IMG/VR virus record: IMGVR_UViG_3300043640_000137
Coordinates: 1-64,000 of that record
DNA: 64,000 nucleotides
Source: a virus
Direction: 5' to 3' (one strand)
Shown: piece by piece, positions 55,724-63,551 of the stretch
How positions within the stretch are numbered: the first letter of the stretch is position 1
Layout: every line of letters begins with the position of its first letter
Translations under genes and position numbers: made by a program
Notes under the pieces: generated by a model
What the model saw: only the letters and a program-made list of their open reading frames with translations
Databases searched by the model: none
Told to the model about the DNA's origin: nothing

Positions 55724-56497
55724 TTATTGATTGATGGCAGCGAGGTCGTTTAGGTCGAAGGCTGCGGCCTCTTCGTCTTCGATACGTTGCCGCGCAACAT
55801 CGACATACTTCGACTCTTTTTCGATTCCGATGAACCGCCGGCCTTCACGAAAAGCGGCCAATGCCGTTGTTCCCGACCCGATACAACTGTCGAGAATAAC
55901 GGCGTTACGCTCTGTGTATGTTCGGATCAGATACCGAAAGAGATCAACCGGCTTTTGAGTCGGATGAAGGCCGACTTGAGAACTGTGCTTCGGGAACAGC
56001 AAAATCGACTTCGGGTATTTCAACCCGCTAAGGTCATCCGGCGCACGGCCCGAAATCAGCCTCGTCTCGGATACGTTCTTCGTCGATCCGCCCTGCTTAT
56101 GGTTGGGCCGTCCCGGCGTCATCTGCGGGTTGTAGGAGCACTGCTTATCGTAAAACACCAGCACGCTTTCATGCTGCTTTAACGGTTGCCGCTTCGCGTT
56201 CGCGAAGTTAGTCGGGTTCACTTTGTCCCAGACCCATTCGTATTTGAACATCTTGGGGTTGGACATGACCAGCGCACTTGTGAACGGCTGGCTCGCCGTT
56301 AACACGATTGCCGACCCCGGCTTGATAACGCGCTTGTACTGTTCCCACAGCGGCTCGAACTGAACCACCGCGTCCCACGGGCAATACGTAGTTCCGTATG
56401 GAAGATCGCAGAGGATCATGTCCACGCAAGCGTCGGGAATGCGCCGCATGACGGCAAGGCAGTCGCCTTCGTGGATTTTGTTGATCAAGGCGTCCAT
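55724..56497 (-). CDS. Orphan DNA methyltransferase (N6A/N4C, beta class)
   Basis: DMILCDLPYG; HPTQKPV; LD.C.GSGTT; FIGIE. Confidence 0.92.
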   Translation of the reverse strand: MDALINKIHEGDCLAVMRRIPDACVDMILCDLPYGTTYCPWDAVVQFEPLWEQYKRVIKPGSAIVLTASQPFTSALVMSNPKMFKYEWVWDKVNPTNFANAKRQPLKQHESVLVFYDKQCSYNPQMTPGRPNHKQGGSTKNVSETRLISGRAPDDLSGLKYPKSILLFPKHSSQVGLHPTQKPVDLFRYLIRTYTERNAVILDSCIGSGTTALAAFREGRRFIGIEKESKYVDVARQRIEDEEAAAFDLNDLAAINQ

Positions 56498-56499
56498 AA

Positions 56500-59400
56500 T
56501 CACGCCTTCCGATACCTCTGCCCGCACCAGCCCTCGACGTTGATGGGGCAGCCGGGCAACCATGCTGGTGTCACCATCATCAAGTCCTCGAACTCTCGCT
56601 GCGTGCCGTGGCTCGCTTCGGCTTCCGAGATCACTTCGTCATGGACGGTGAGCACGATCGGATACTGCGCAACCTCGACGCGGCCCATCGCTTCGGCCAG
56701 GATGTCGCGCGAGATCGCCTGCACCACGTTCTCCGTGAGCATGCCGCCGTATGTGCGAATGAAATTCCAACGGCCGCCGAGCTTGCTATCCCGGCCCCAA
56801 TAGCCGATCTGCTTCTTGTTCCAGGGCTTGCCGTCGCGGCCGAACATCTGAACAGTGTCGAGCCGTGGCTCGCGATACCAGAGCTTGCGGCCGTTCGGCA
56901 GCTTGCACGAAAGCCATGTGCCCGCTGCATCTGTCTCGACCTGATACGTGATGCCGTTGAAGTCGAAGGCTCGGCCGGGATACATGACCGCGCTGACCGC
57001 GGCTTCTTCGAGCCCGTACCAAAGCAGCTTCACTTTCGGGAAGCTCTCGCGATAACCGTTGACGAGAAACTGTGCCTGCTCGTCGGTGAGGATGACCTTG
57101 TAGTCTTTCTTCGCCTGCTCTTGCAGCCGTTGCCAGCCCATCTGGTATCCGCAGTTGCTCGCGCAGAGCGGAAGGCCACCGCCGGGCGATCTAACGAAGA
57201 AGCGGTGCCGCGGCCCGCATTCGATCAGATCGTACACGTTCACGGGAGCGTCGGTTGAGCACTTGCTGCGATCGCGTCGCCATGCGGACGTTGCCGATTT
57301 CGTAATTGCCGTCGTTGTTGACGCGATCAATTTCGAGAGAAGGGTTGTTCCAGCCGGCAACCATTTGAATGTCGATAAGGAAGTTGCGCCGATCGAGCCA
57401 GTCGATGCAGACTTGGATTCCTCGCGCGCCGTAGTCGATGAAGCCAGGGTTATCGGAGTTGAGGCATCGGGAGAGCATACCGGCGTGGCGAGAAGCCCAC
57501 ATATTGCGGAGAGTGTCGTCAGGCATGACGTCGCCGTAGCCTTCGTTCTCTCGTATCCACTTCGCAGTCGCTTTCTTAGCGCACGCATTGCATCGCGTGG
57601 TGCGAGCGCTTCGAAGGTTTGAGATGTTGACCTGCGTTTCTGAACCGCAAACGCACACGGCGTAGACAGCGGTGATCCCACCGCGCGGGCCTGCTCGGAA
57701 GCCGGCAATCGTGAGATCGCCCAATCGTGAACCGACTGTTGGTATCTCGCGCTCGCGTTGACGACCGCAGACGCGGGCACCCAATCGTCGGGGGTCATCA
57801 TCATATGATCCGGCGTAACCCCAATCCCCGCTAAGCGGGTTGTCGGTTTCTTTCCTTGGTAATGAGGACCGTCGTGGTTCACCCATTCTTCACCGTCCCA
57901 TACCTTGTCAGCCGTGGTCACATCGACGATACGAATCCAACCTCGATCCGTAAGGACTTCGGTGTCGGCCTCGAAGCAGCCGAGGATCGTGATCTTGCCT
58001 AGCTGCCGCTCGTTCGGGTCTTTCTCTTTGTCGATCGGCCGGTTGTAGAGCTTCTGCGCCATGACGCAGTAGATGTCTGGGCCTTCTTTGCGATCCGACT
58101 TCAGGAAAGCTTCGAGCGCGTCTTCCTCCCCGGCGAGCCACATCGTCACGCGCGCCTCGATCGCGCTGAAGTCGGCGACGCGGTAGGTCTTGCCCTTGGC
58201 CGCGATGAACATGCCGCGAAGCGCAGACGCGATTGCGTCCATCGGATCGCCGTAGAACATCGTGAGCAGATCGGCGCTGCGGCACTTGATGGCCGCGATC
58301 AGGGGCTCGATGCCCTTCTTGACGATCTTCGGGTTGCCACGGGGGAAGTTGTGCGGCTGCACGAGGCGCCCAGCCCAGCGGCCGGTGCCGGCGCCGTGGT
58401 ACTGCATCATCCCGCGAACACGGCCGTCCTCGCACATGCAGTCGATCATGCGCTTCAGCTTCTTCGTCGAGCCGCGCGACAACTGCTGGCGGATACGGAG
58501 GACGCGCTTGACCTTGGGCCACGCCTCGTTGTTCTCGCTGTCGTCCAGCGGTGGGCCGCCGTTGTCGCCGATACCGGCGATCTCGTCCTCGTCCTCTTCC
58601 GGCTCTTCGTCGAAGTCTTCGTCGCCCTGGTCGATCGCTTGCTCGACGATATCCTTCGATAAGCTTTCGAGAATCACGCCGTTCTTCGCCGCCCACTCTT
58701 TGATCTTCGCGACTTGGTTGCCGGTCGTAACCTCGCCGCCCGTCAGAGTCATCAACTCGGCGGTGAGTCTCGTCTCGACGTCGTGAATGATGCTGAGCGC
58801 GGATTGGACCGCTTCGATATCAACGCGAACGCCACGCCAGTTGATCTTTTGGTCGAGTACCCAGATCACGTACTCGGCGTCGTCCATGTCGCCTATCGTT
58901 TGGCCGAGAAGGTCTTCCGCCTCGACGTCTTGATCGCAGTAGTCCTGAAGCGCCTGGAAGAGCGTACGGTCGTCGCCCCATTCGCTCGGCGTCGGCCCGT
59001 TGGCATCCGCCCATAGCGTCGGGATCGGCGGCAGGTTGAGGACCGCTTGGTAATGTGCATCCTTCTGCTCTTGCGTTGGCTTGGGCTTCTTCGGCAGCGG
59101 GTGAACGCCGTGCTGCTCAGCCCACGCGAGGATGTCCGCCTTCAGCGGCTTGCGCGGTTTGCTGAGCTTCTGAAGGAGGTACTTGCCGTGCTTATCTTTC
59201 TGGACGTCGAGATCGAGAACGCGGCCGACTTCATCCAGGCCGAGAGGCAAGGCGCGTTGTGCGCAGCGAGCTTGCGTGTCGTACCAGCGCTTCGGCATCG
59301 GAATGCCGAGCTTCTTGTGCAGTTGGTTCAGCCAGATCGACTGCTCGAACAGCGCGTTGTGCGCCTCGATCGTGCCGCCCTTCTCTACGAAGTCGATGAG

Positions 59401-59589
59401 TTCTTGGGGGAACGGCAGGCCCGGCTTCCACCGGCCACGTTTACCGCCCGGCAGCTTATACGACATCGTTTGGATGTGCGTGGACGGATGCTCGGAATAC
59501 TTCACGGCGCCGACGTTTTTAAGATCAGCCTCACTGCCGGTCTCAAAATCGACGGTGGCGCGATGAGCGCTGAGGAGCCGGTTGCTCAC
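56500..59589 (-). CDS. Family A DNA polymerase (3'-5' exo + pol) containing an intein; 754 aa after splicing
   Basis: DFET, AHNA.FE, YC.QDV; motif A ADFSAIEAR; motif B RQLGK..ILG/CGY; motif C TVHDE. Confidence 0.95.
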   Translation of the reverse strand: MSNRLLSAHRATVDFETGSEADLKNVGAVKYSEHPSTHIQTMSYKLPGGKRGRWKPGLPFPQELIDFVEKGGTIEAHNALFEQSIWLNQLHKKLGIPMPKRWYDTQARCAQRALPLGLDEVGRVLDLDVQKDKHGKYLLQKLSKPRKPLKADILAWAEQHGVHPLPKKPKPTQEQKDAHYQAVLNLPPIPTLWADANGPTPSEWGDDRTLFQALQDYCDQDVEAEDLLGQTIGDMDDAEYVIWVLDQKINWRGVRVDIEAVQSALSIIHDVETRLTAELMTLTGGEVTTGNQVAKIKEWAAKNGVILESLSKDIVEQAIDQGDEDFDEEPEEDEDEIAGIGDNGGPPLDDSENNEAWPKVKRVLRIRQQLSRGSTKKLKRMIDCMCEDGRVRGMMQYHGAGTGRWAGRLVQPHNFPRGNPKIVKKGIEPLIAAIKCRSADLLTMFYGDPMDAIASALRGMFIAAKGKTYRVADFSAIEARVTMWLAGEEDALEAFLKSDRKEGPDIYCVMAQKLYNRPIDKEKDPNERQLGKITILGCFEADTEVLTDRGWIRIVDVTTADKVWDGEEWVNHDGPHYQGKKPTTRLAGIGVTPDHMMMTPDDWVPASAVVNASARYQQSVHDWAISRLPASEQARAVGSPLSTPCAFAVQKRRSTSQTFEALAPRDAMRALRKRLRSGYERTKATATSCLTTLSAICGLLATPVCSPDASTPITLASSTTAREESKSASTGSIGATSLSTFKWLPAGTTLLSKLIASTTTAITKSATSAWRRDRSKCSTDAPVNVYDLIECGPRHRFFVRSPGGGLPLCASNCGYQMGWQRLQEQAKKDYKVILTDEQAQFLVNGYRESFPKVKLLWYGLEEAAVSAVMYPGRAFDFNGITYQVETDAAGTWLSCKLPNGRKLWYREPRLDTVQMFGRDGKPWNKKQIGYWGRDSKLGGRWNFIRTYGGMLTENVVQAISRDILAEAMGRVEVAQYPIVLTVHDEVISEAEASHGTQREFEDLMMVTPAWLPGCPINVEGWCGQRYRKA
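57154..57978 (-). mobile_element. Intein (275 aa, residues 538-812) in polymerase motif B
   Basis: Block A CFEADTEVLT..G; block B TPDH; block F VYDL; ends ASN before C+1; removal restores ITILG-CGYQMG. Confidence 0.92.
57191..57886 (-). CDS. HNH homing endonuclease nested out of frame inside the intein
   Basis: CxCG...CxxC; M..RC; YGARGIQVC..W; LEIDRVNNDGNYE.GNVR.AT..QQ..NRR; -1 frame relative to pol; start uncertain. Confidence 0.85.
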   Translation of the reverse strand: MGEPRRSSLPRKETDNPLSGDWGYAGSYDDDPRRLGARVCGRQREREIPTVGSRLGDLTIAGFRAGPRGGITAVYAVCVCGSETQVNISNLRSARTTRCNACAKKATAKWIRENEGYGDVMPDDTLRNMWASRHAGMLSRCLNSDNPGFIDYGARGIQVCIDWLDRRNFLIDIQMVAGWNNPSLEIDRVNNDGNYEIGNVRMATRSQQVLNRRSRERVRSDRMRAAAPLLR

Positions 59590-59909
59590 GGGTACGCGCC
59601 CGATGACATGTTTTCGGCGACGGATCGCACGCGGCTCGGATAGTCCTCTTCCTTCAAGTTGAACCCGGTGCCGGCTCTCAGCGAGGCGGTGTCAACCAAG
59701 TCCATGTTGAAGTGATCGACTTCGAGCGAGTCCATCGCGTCGAGCAGATCGTGGCAGAGCTTGTCATAGAACTCATCCGAGACAAGTGACTCGTTCAGGT
59801 GATAGTAGGCGTAGCTCGTGACCAGATACCAAGGCACGAGCATCGACGGCCCGTAGTTGAGCACGGCGACCTCGCACAGGCTCTCGATCTTCTCGCGGTC
59901 AATCGCCAT
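59586..59909 (-). CDS. LigA N-terminal-like small protein
   Basis: YL..SY.YY....SLVSD..YD.LC..L. Confidence 0.7.
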   Translation of the reverse strand: MAIDREKIESLCEVAVLNYGPSMLVPWYLVTSYAYYHLNESLVSDEFYDKLCHDLLDAMDSLEVDHFNMDLVDTASLRAGTGFNLKEEDYPSRVRSVAENMSSGAYP

Positions 59910-60156
59910 GACGCAGCGCCTTGATCGCTTTGCTCACGCCTGCGAGAGCCTTTGCGCGGCGTCGAGCGGCCGTGCGTCGCCGGTCCTCGCGAACACTCAT
60001 CTCAATGTGTCGGGATCGAAGGCGGAACCGGAGCGTGTGGACCTTCGTGCAGTCGCAGCAGCAAAAGCGGAACCCCTTGCGTGATGGCTGAAGCCAATAG
60101 CCCTCGGGCTTCTCCACGCCGTCTACGAACACCACGTACTGCTTTTTACGTGCCAT
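59899..60156 (-). CDS. Hypothetical basic Cys-motif protein
   Basis: W.QP.RKG...CCDC..VH...FR; GGAG SD. Confidence 0.65.
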   Translation of the reverse strand: MARKKQYVVFVDGVEKPEGYWLQPSRKGFRFCCCDCTKVHTLRFRLRSRHIEMSVREDRRRTAARRRAKALAGVSKAIKALRHGD

Positions 60157-60285
60157 GGTGCGCGCGTCTCCGGGAAAGGAAAAGGTGAGCGGCTAATGGA
60201 GTTGCACCACTTAGCCCGGATATAGGCCACCGCTCGCAGTTTGGGTCTCACCCTTGGGAGGAATAATGAGACCGCCTTCGTTAAA

Positions 60286-60534
60286 TCAGTCGAGATGGAT
60301 CAGCGTGACTTCCGTCGTCGCGTTGCAATTCACCGCGTCGTAATGGCCGAAGCTCTTGACGTGAACGACGTGCGGCGTAGTCGTGTCCGGCACGAGGTCA
60401 ATGTCTGCGAGGATGATGCTACGAACTTGCGGCGGGATACCGTTGTCGAGGACGTGAACGCCGTCCTTCTCCGTGAGCAGCGCCGTGTACGCCGCAGCTT
60501 TCGAGGAGAAGTATTTGTCGATATTCCACGACAT
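60286..60534 (-). CDS. Hypothetical protein
   Basis: MSWNIDK... after GGAG SD. Confidence 0.6.
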   Translation of the reverse strand: MSWNIDKYFSSKAAAYTALLTEKDGVHVLDNGIPPQVRSIILADIDLVPDTTTPHVVHVKSFGHYDAVNCNATTEVTLIHLD

Positions 60535-60659
60535 GACGATCTCCGGGTTTGGAAAAAAGCGCGGAGGGCTTCGCACCCTGCCTTGCCGACCCTCGTGTCG
60601 GTTGCACTTCCTGAGCCTTACGAGCGCAGGAGCGGGTCTTCTTCCGGTCGAGACCGGAT

Positions 60660-61376
60660 TTAGAACGGGATTTCGTCGTCGAGGCCGGCCATCGGGTTGT
60701 GCTCGGACTTGCCGCCCTGCACACCGTCGAACCGGCTCATGAGACCGCCGCCGCCACCGCCGATCGGATCGCCGGTACGCACGAGACGGGCCGAGTTGAT
60801 GTAGAACTTCAGGAACTTGCCCTGAGCGGTCTTCGTCGCCTTGACCACGATCTCGCCGATGCCGTAGCCACCGCCGCGGAACGCCTGCTTGGCTTTCGCC
60901 ATATCGACGTCCGAAGCACGGTTCAGCGTGACCACCTTGCCACCGTCACGCATCGAGAGCAGCGGCGGGTAGTCCTGGTTGGCCGAGACCTTGATGATCT
61001 TCATGCCCTTGTAGTGGCTGAAGTCAGCGACCTTCTTCTTCTCGGCAGCCGCCTTCTCTTTCTTCTCGGCGAGTTGATCGCCGTCGATGATCGGCCAGTT
61101 GAGTTCGCTGGCAGCGACCGCTTCTTTGACGTTGATGTCGGGCCATTCCTCTTTCGCGACTGCGACGAGCATAAGCGCGAGGGAGACCTCGACGAGATTG
61201 CCGTTCTGATCTTCCAGGAATTTGCCGATCATGTCGGGCTTCAGGATAAGCTCCGACGAGAAGGTAGGATCGCCCTTGGCCTTGCCATTCTCTTCGTAGG
61301 CTTTGGCCGTAACGAGGGAGTTCGAGTAACAGAACCGAACCTCCGGGGTAAGCAAGCGTCGTGATGCACCAGCCAT
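60660..61376 (-). CDS. ssb: Single-stranded DNA-binding protein (DUF2815-like)
   Basis: LTP.VRF.Y; PIIDGD; acidic DDEIPF C-terminus; between Cas4-like and pol genes. Confidence 0.82.
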   Translation of the reverse strand: MAGASRRLLTPEVRFCYSNSLVTAKAYEENGKAKGDPTFSSELILKPDMIGKFLEDQNGNLVEVSLALMLVAVAKEEWPDINVKEAVAASELNWPIIDGDQLAEKKEKAAAEKKKVADFSHYKGMKIIKVSANQDYPPLLSMRDGGKVVTLNRASDVDMAKAKQAFRGGGYGIGEIVVKATKTAQGKFLKFYINSARLVRTGDPIGGGGGGLMSRFDGVQGGKSEHNPMAGLDDEIPF

Positions 61377-61489
61377 GTCAGTTCTCCAAGGTCATTAAGT
61401 TGAAAAAGCCAAATGAGTAAATTCAGCTTGTCCAGATTTCTATGCTAGTTTCCCCGACTGGTCAAGCTATTTTAAGTAGCTTGGAAGGG

Positions 61490-61621
61490 TTAATTTTTGG
61501 GGCGGCTCTTGACCAGCTTGCGGTGGTACTGCCGGGCCTCGTACCAGCGGCGCACCCACACGGGACGCGTGCCCGAGCCCGAGACGTTGATCCACATGAA
61601 GGGACGCTGGCGACAGACCAT
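61490..61621 (-). CDS. Hypothetical 43-aa basic peptide (not in the track)
   Basis: MVCRQRPFMWINVSGSGTRPVWVRRWYEARQYHRKLVKSRPKN; GC3-rich. Confidence 0.4.
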   Translation of the reverse strand: MVCRQRPFMWINVSGSGTRPVWVRRWYEARQYHRKLVKSRPKN

Positions 61622-61636
61622 GATCAGCAGAGCGGC

Positions 61637-61849
61637 TTACGGCAGATCGGGCAGTGTCGTGTCTCCGGGCACCAGTAGCAGGCGCCGCCGAAGGCGTGCC
61701 TCACCCTCTGCCACCAACTGAATGATCGCATCGTTCGTCTCCACATCTAAACCGGCGTCTTCGAGTAGACCGAGAACCGTTTCTTCCAATGTGCTTGGCG
61801 CGTTGTCGGGTTCGTTCGGTCCTGCGTCATCAAAACGACGAGCAGTCAT
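61637..61849 (-). CDS. Hypothetical acidic protein
   Basis: ATGA overlap with the nuclease stop. Confidence 0.5.
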   Translation of the reverse strand: MTARRFDDAGPNEPDNAPSTLEETVLGLLEDAGLDVETNDAIIQLVAEGEARLRRRLLLVPGDTTLPDLP

Positions 61850-63132
61850 TCGGGGATGTCCACGCCGCGCAGCCGATCTTCCGTGAGCATCACGTCGAAC
61901 TTGCTCATGAGAGGCACATGCGCCTCGCGCTTATCATCGTCTCGCGCCAGCGTCAGGCCGCTATCGGGCATGTAGCCCCACACGCGAACGAATTTACTGG
62001 CGCCGTCGAGGTTCTTTTCAAGCTGTGCCGGCGAGAGGAGTGCTGGCTTCGTGAACGCTTCGTCGCCCCACTTCGCGCGTGCTGCGTCATCGACGCTGAC
62101 GACGGACTTCGTGCCATCTTCGGCCGTGATCTCCATCGACTTTTTGTAGACGCGGTTTGCTTTCTGCTTCACAAGCTTGTGGCCCTTGACCGTAGAGCCG
62201 CTGAGCGCGCGTCGCAGCGCTTCTTCCTGCATGCGTTCAAGTTGCCGGCGGATGATGTCGCCCTTGACCAGGAAATCACCAAGCTCTTCGTCGGTCAGCG
62301 TCTCGGGGTCGCTGGCGATGTTGAAGTTGGAAAGCTCGCTGTTCACCAGCGGGCAAGAGTTGGCATACTTCGCGGGGCAGAAGCGGCACCACTTGCCCAG
62401 CGTGAGCAGCGCATCGGGATCGCGGGTGTCCTGCATCGCCGGCACGGCTTCGTTCTCGAACCAGCCTGTGATCGCGGCAGCCGTGGTCTCGAACTCGCGG
62501 ATGCGGCCTTTCGGATGCGGCATGCGCGGCTGCACGATCGTCAGGATGACCTTCTCGACGTCGGCGGCGCCGGGCAGGTTCTCGATCGCCAGTGCGGCGT
62601 AGTATTTCGGTTGCGGGTAATCCGGCTCGACGCAGACCATGCCGTTCTTGTAGTCGATGACGTAGAGCAGCTTCAGCTTGCGGACGTGCAGCATGCAGTC
62701 CGACGTGCCGTAGGCATCTTCGTCGAGGACGGAGCCCATGCCTTTTTCGACATATAGCACCGGATCGAAGTCTTTATACTTCGTGATGAGATCGCGGATA
62801 TAGGTGAGATACCGCTGCACGGAGTCAGCCATCTCTTGGTCGCACTCGAAGGTCCAGTCATCGACCTTCAGCTTCGTGCCCATGTGCTCCCAGGCTTCGG
62901 TGCCGGCGTCGAGGGATGTCTGGCAGATCGTGTGTGCGGCAGTACCGAGCGCAGCGGCCGGGGAGCCACGCTGCATCAATTCGGGGCTGGCCTGCGTGAG
63001 CTTGCGAATGAGGTTATTGCTGCCCTTGCAGTGCATCCAGCGATCCGCGCTGCTGGCGCCGACCTTGGAGTGATGAATCTCTTCGACCTTGACGAGCGGG
63101 GCAAGGGACGAAAGGTTGGCGCCGTCAGGCAT
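61846..63132 (-). CDS. Cas4-like PD-(D/E)xK nuclease (DUF2800)
   Basis: HS..GAS.A.RW..C.GS; GTAAH; GT.D; IDYK.G; IVQPR; WCRFCPA...CP. Confidence 0.88.
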   Translation of the reverse strand: MPDGANLSSLAPLVKVEEIHHSKVGASSADRWMHCKGSNNLIRKLTQASPELMQRGSPAAALGTAAHTICQTSLDAGTEAWEHMGTKLKVDDWTFECDQEMADSVQRYLTYIRDLITKYKDFDPVLYVEKGMGSVLDEDAYGTSDCMLHVRKLKLLYVIDYKNGMVCVEPDYPQPKYYAALAIENLPGAADVEKVILTIVQPRMPHPKGRIREFETTAAAITGWFENEAVPAMQDTRDPDALLTLGKWCRFCPAKYANSCPLVNSELSNFNIASDPETLTDEELGDFLVKGDIIRRQLERMQEEALRRALSGSTVKGHKLVKQKANRVYKKSMEITAEDGTKSVVSVDDAARAKWGDEAFTKPALLSPAQLEKNLDGASKFVRVWGYMPDSGLTLARDDDKREAHVPLMSKFDVMLTEDRLRGVDIPE

Positions 63133-63455
63133 TAGACCACTCCTGCTGAGGCTGCGCTGACGCGCGTCCAGACGATGGCATTGTGGCCACTCTCGTTCGG
63201 ACGGCGCTCTCCCGTGTCGATCACGTCCCCGCTATGCACGAGTTCGCTGACGCGTGGTCGGATCGCCAGGATGCTTCTGCCTATATCGGCAGCGATCTCA
63301 TCGGCGGTCATGCGCCGGCCGGTAAGAACGTCGCTGACGCGATCTCGAAGGTTGCTCGCTCGCGGTGCGATAGCCGCCGCTGCGATTGCGGAAGTCTCGC
63401 GGGCTTTGAACCCAGGCTCGTTCGGATACATCGTCATCTCCCTGTTGGCGCCCAT
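63132..63455 (-). CDS. HTH DNA-binding protein
   Basis: ETS..AA...MTADEIA.......IRPRVSEL...G.VIDTGERR.N.SG..A.VW. Confidence 0.8.
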   Translation of the reverse strand: MGANREMTMYPNEPGFKARETSAIAAAAIAPRASNLRDRVSDVLTGRRMTADEIAADIGRSILAIRPRVSELVHSGDVIDTGERRPNESGHNAIVWTRVSAASAGVV

Positions 63456-63551
63456 CTCCCCAGGAGCCCGCCGCTGTGCCTAGACGGTGGTCCCTTGTCG
63501 GGGCCGGCTAGAGCGGTGTTGCTCCTGGGGCGGGACTTCTGAGCGGCGGCT

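Noticed and set aside
57154-57978. Group I intron or assembly frameshift as the explanation of the pol insertion
   Set aside because: The pol frame is open end to end with canonical intein ends; an error model would need two compensating indels while both frames stay stop-free
48028-59589. 2-aminoadenine (dZ), 7-deazaguanine or hmU genome modification
   Set aside because: No PurZ, Que/DpdA or thymidylate-synthase-like gene in the window; DUF5664 and MazG-like genes alone are insufficient
61490-61849. Single gene broken by a premature TAA at 61637
   Set aside because: The two ORFs are in frame, but the fusion has no recognisable motif and separate small ORFs explain the region equally well
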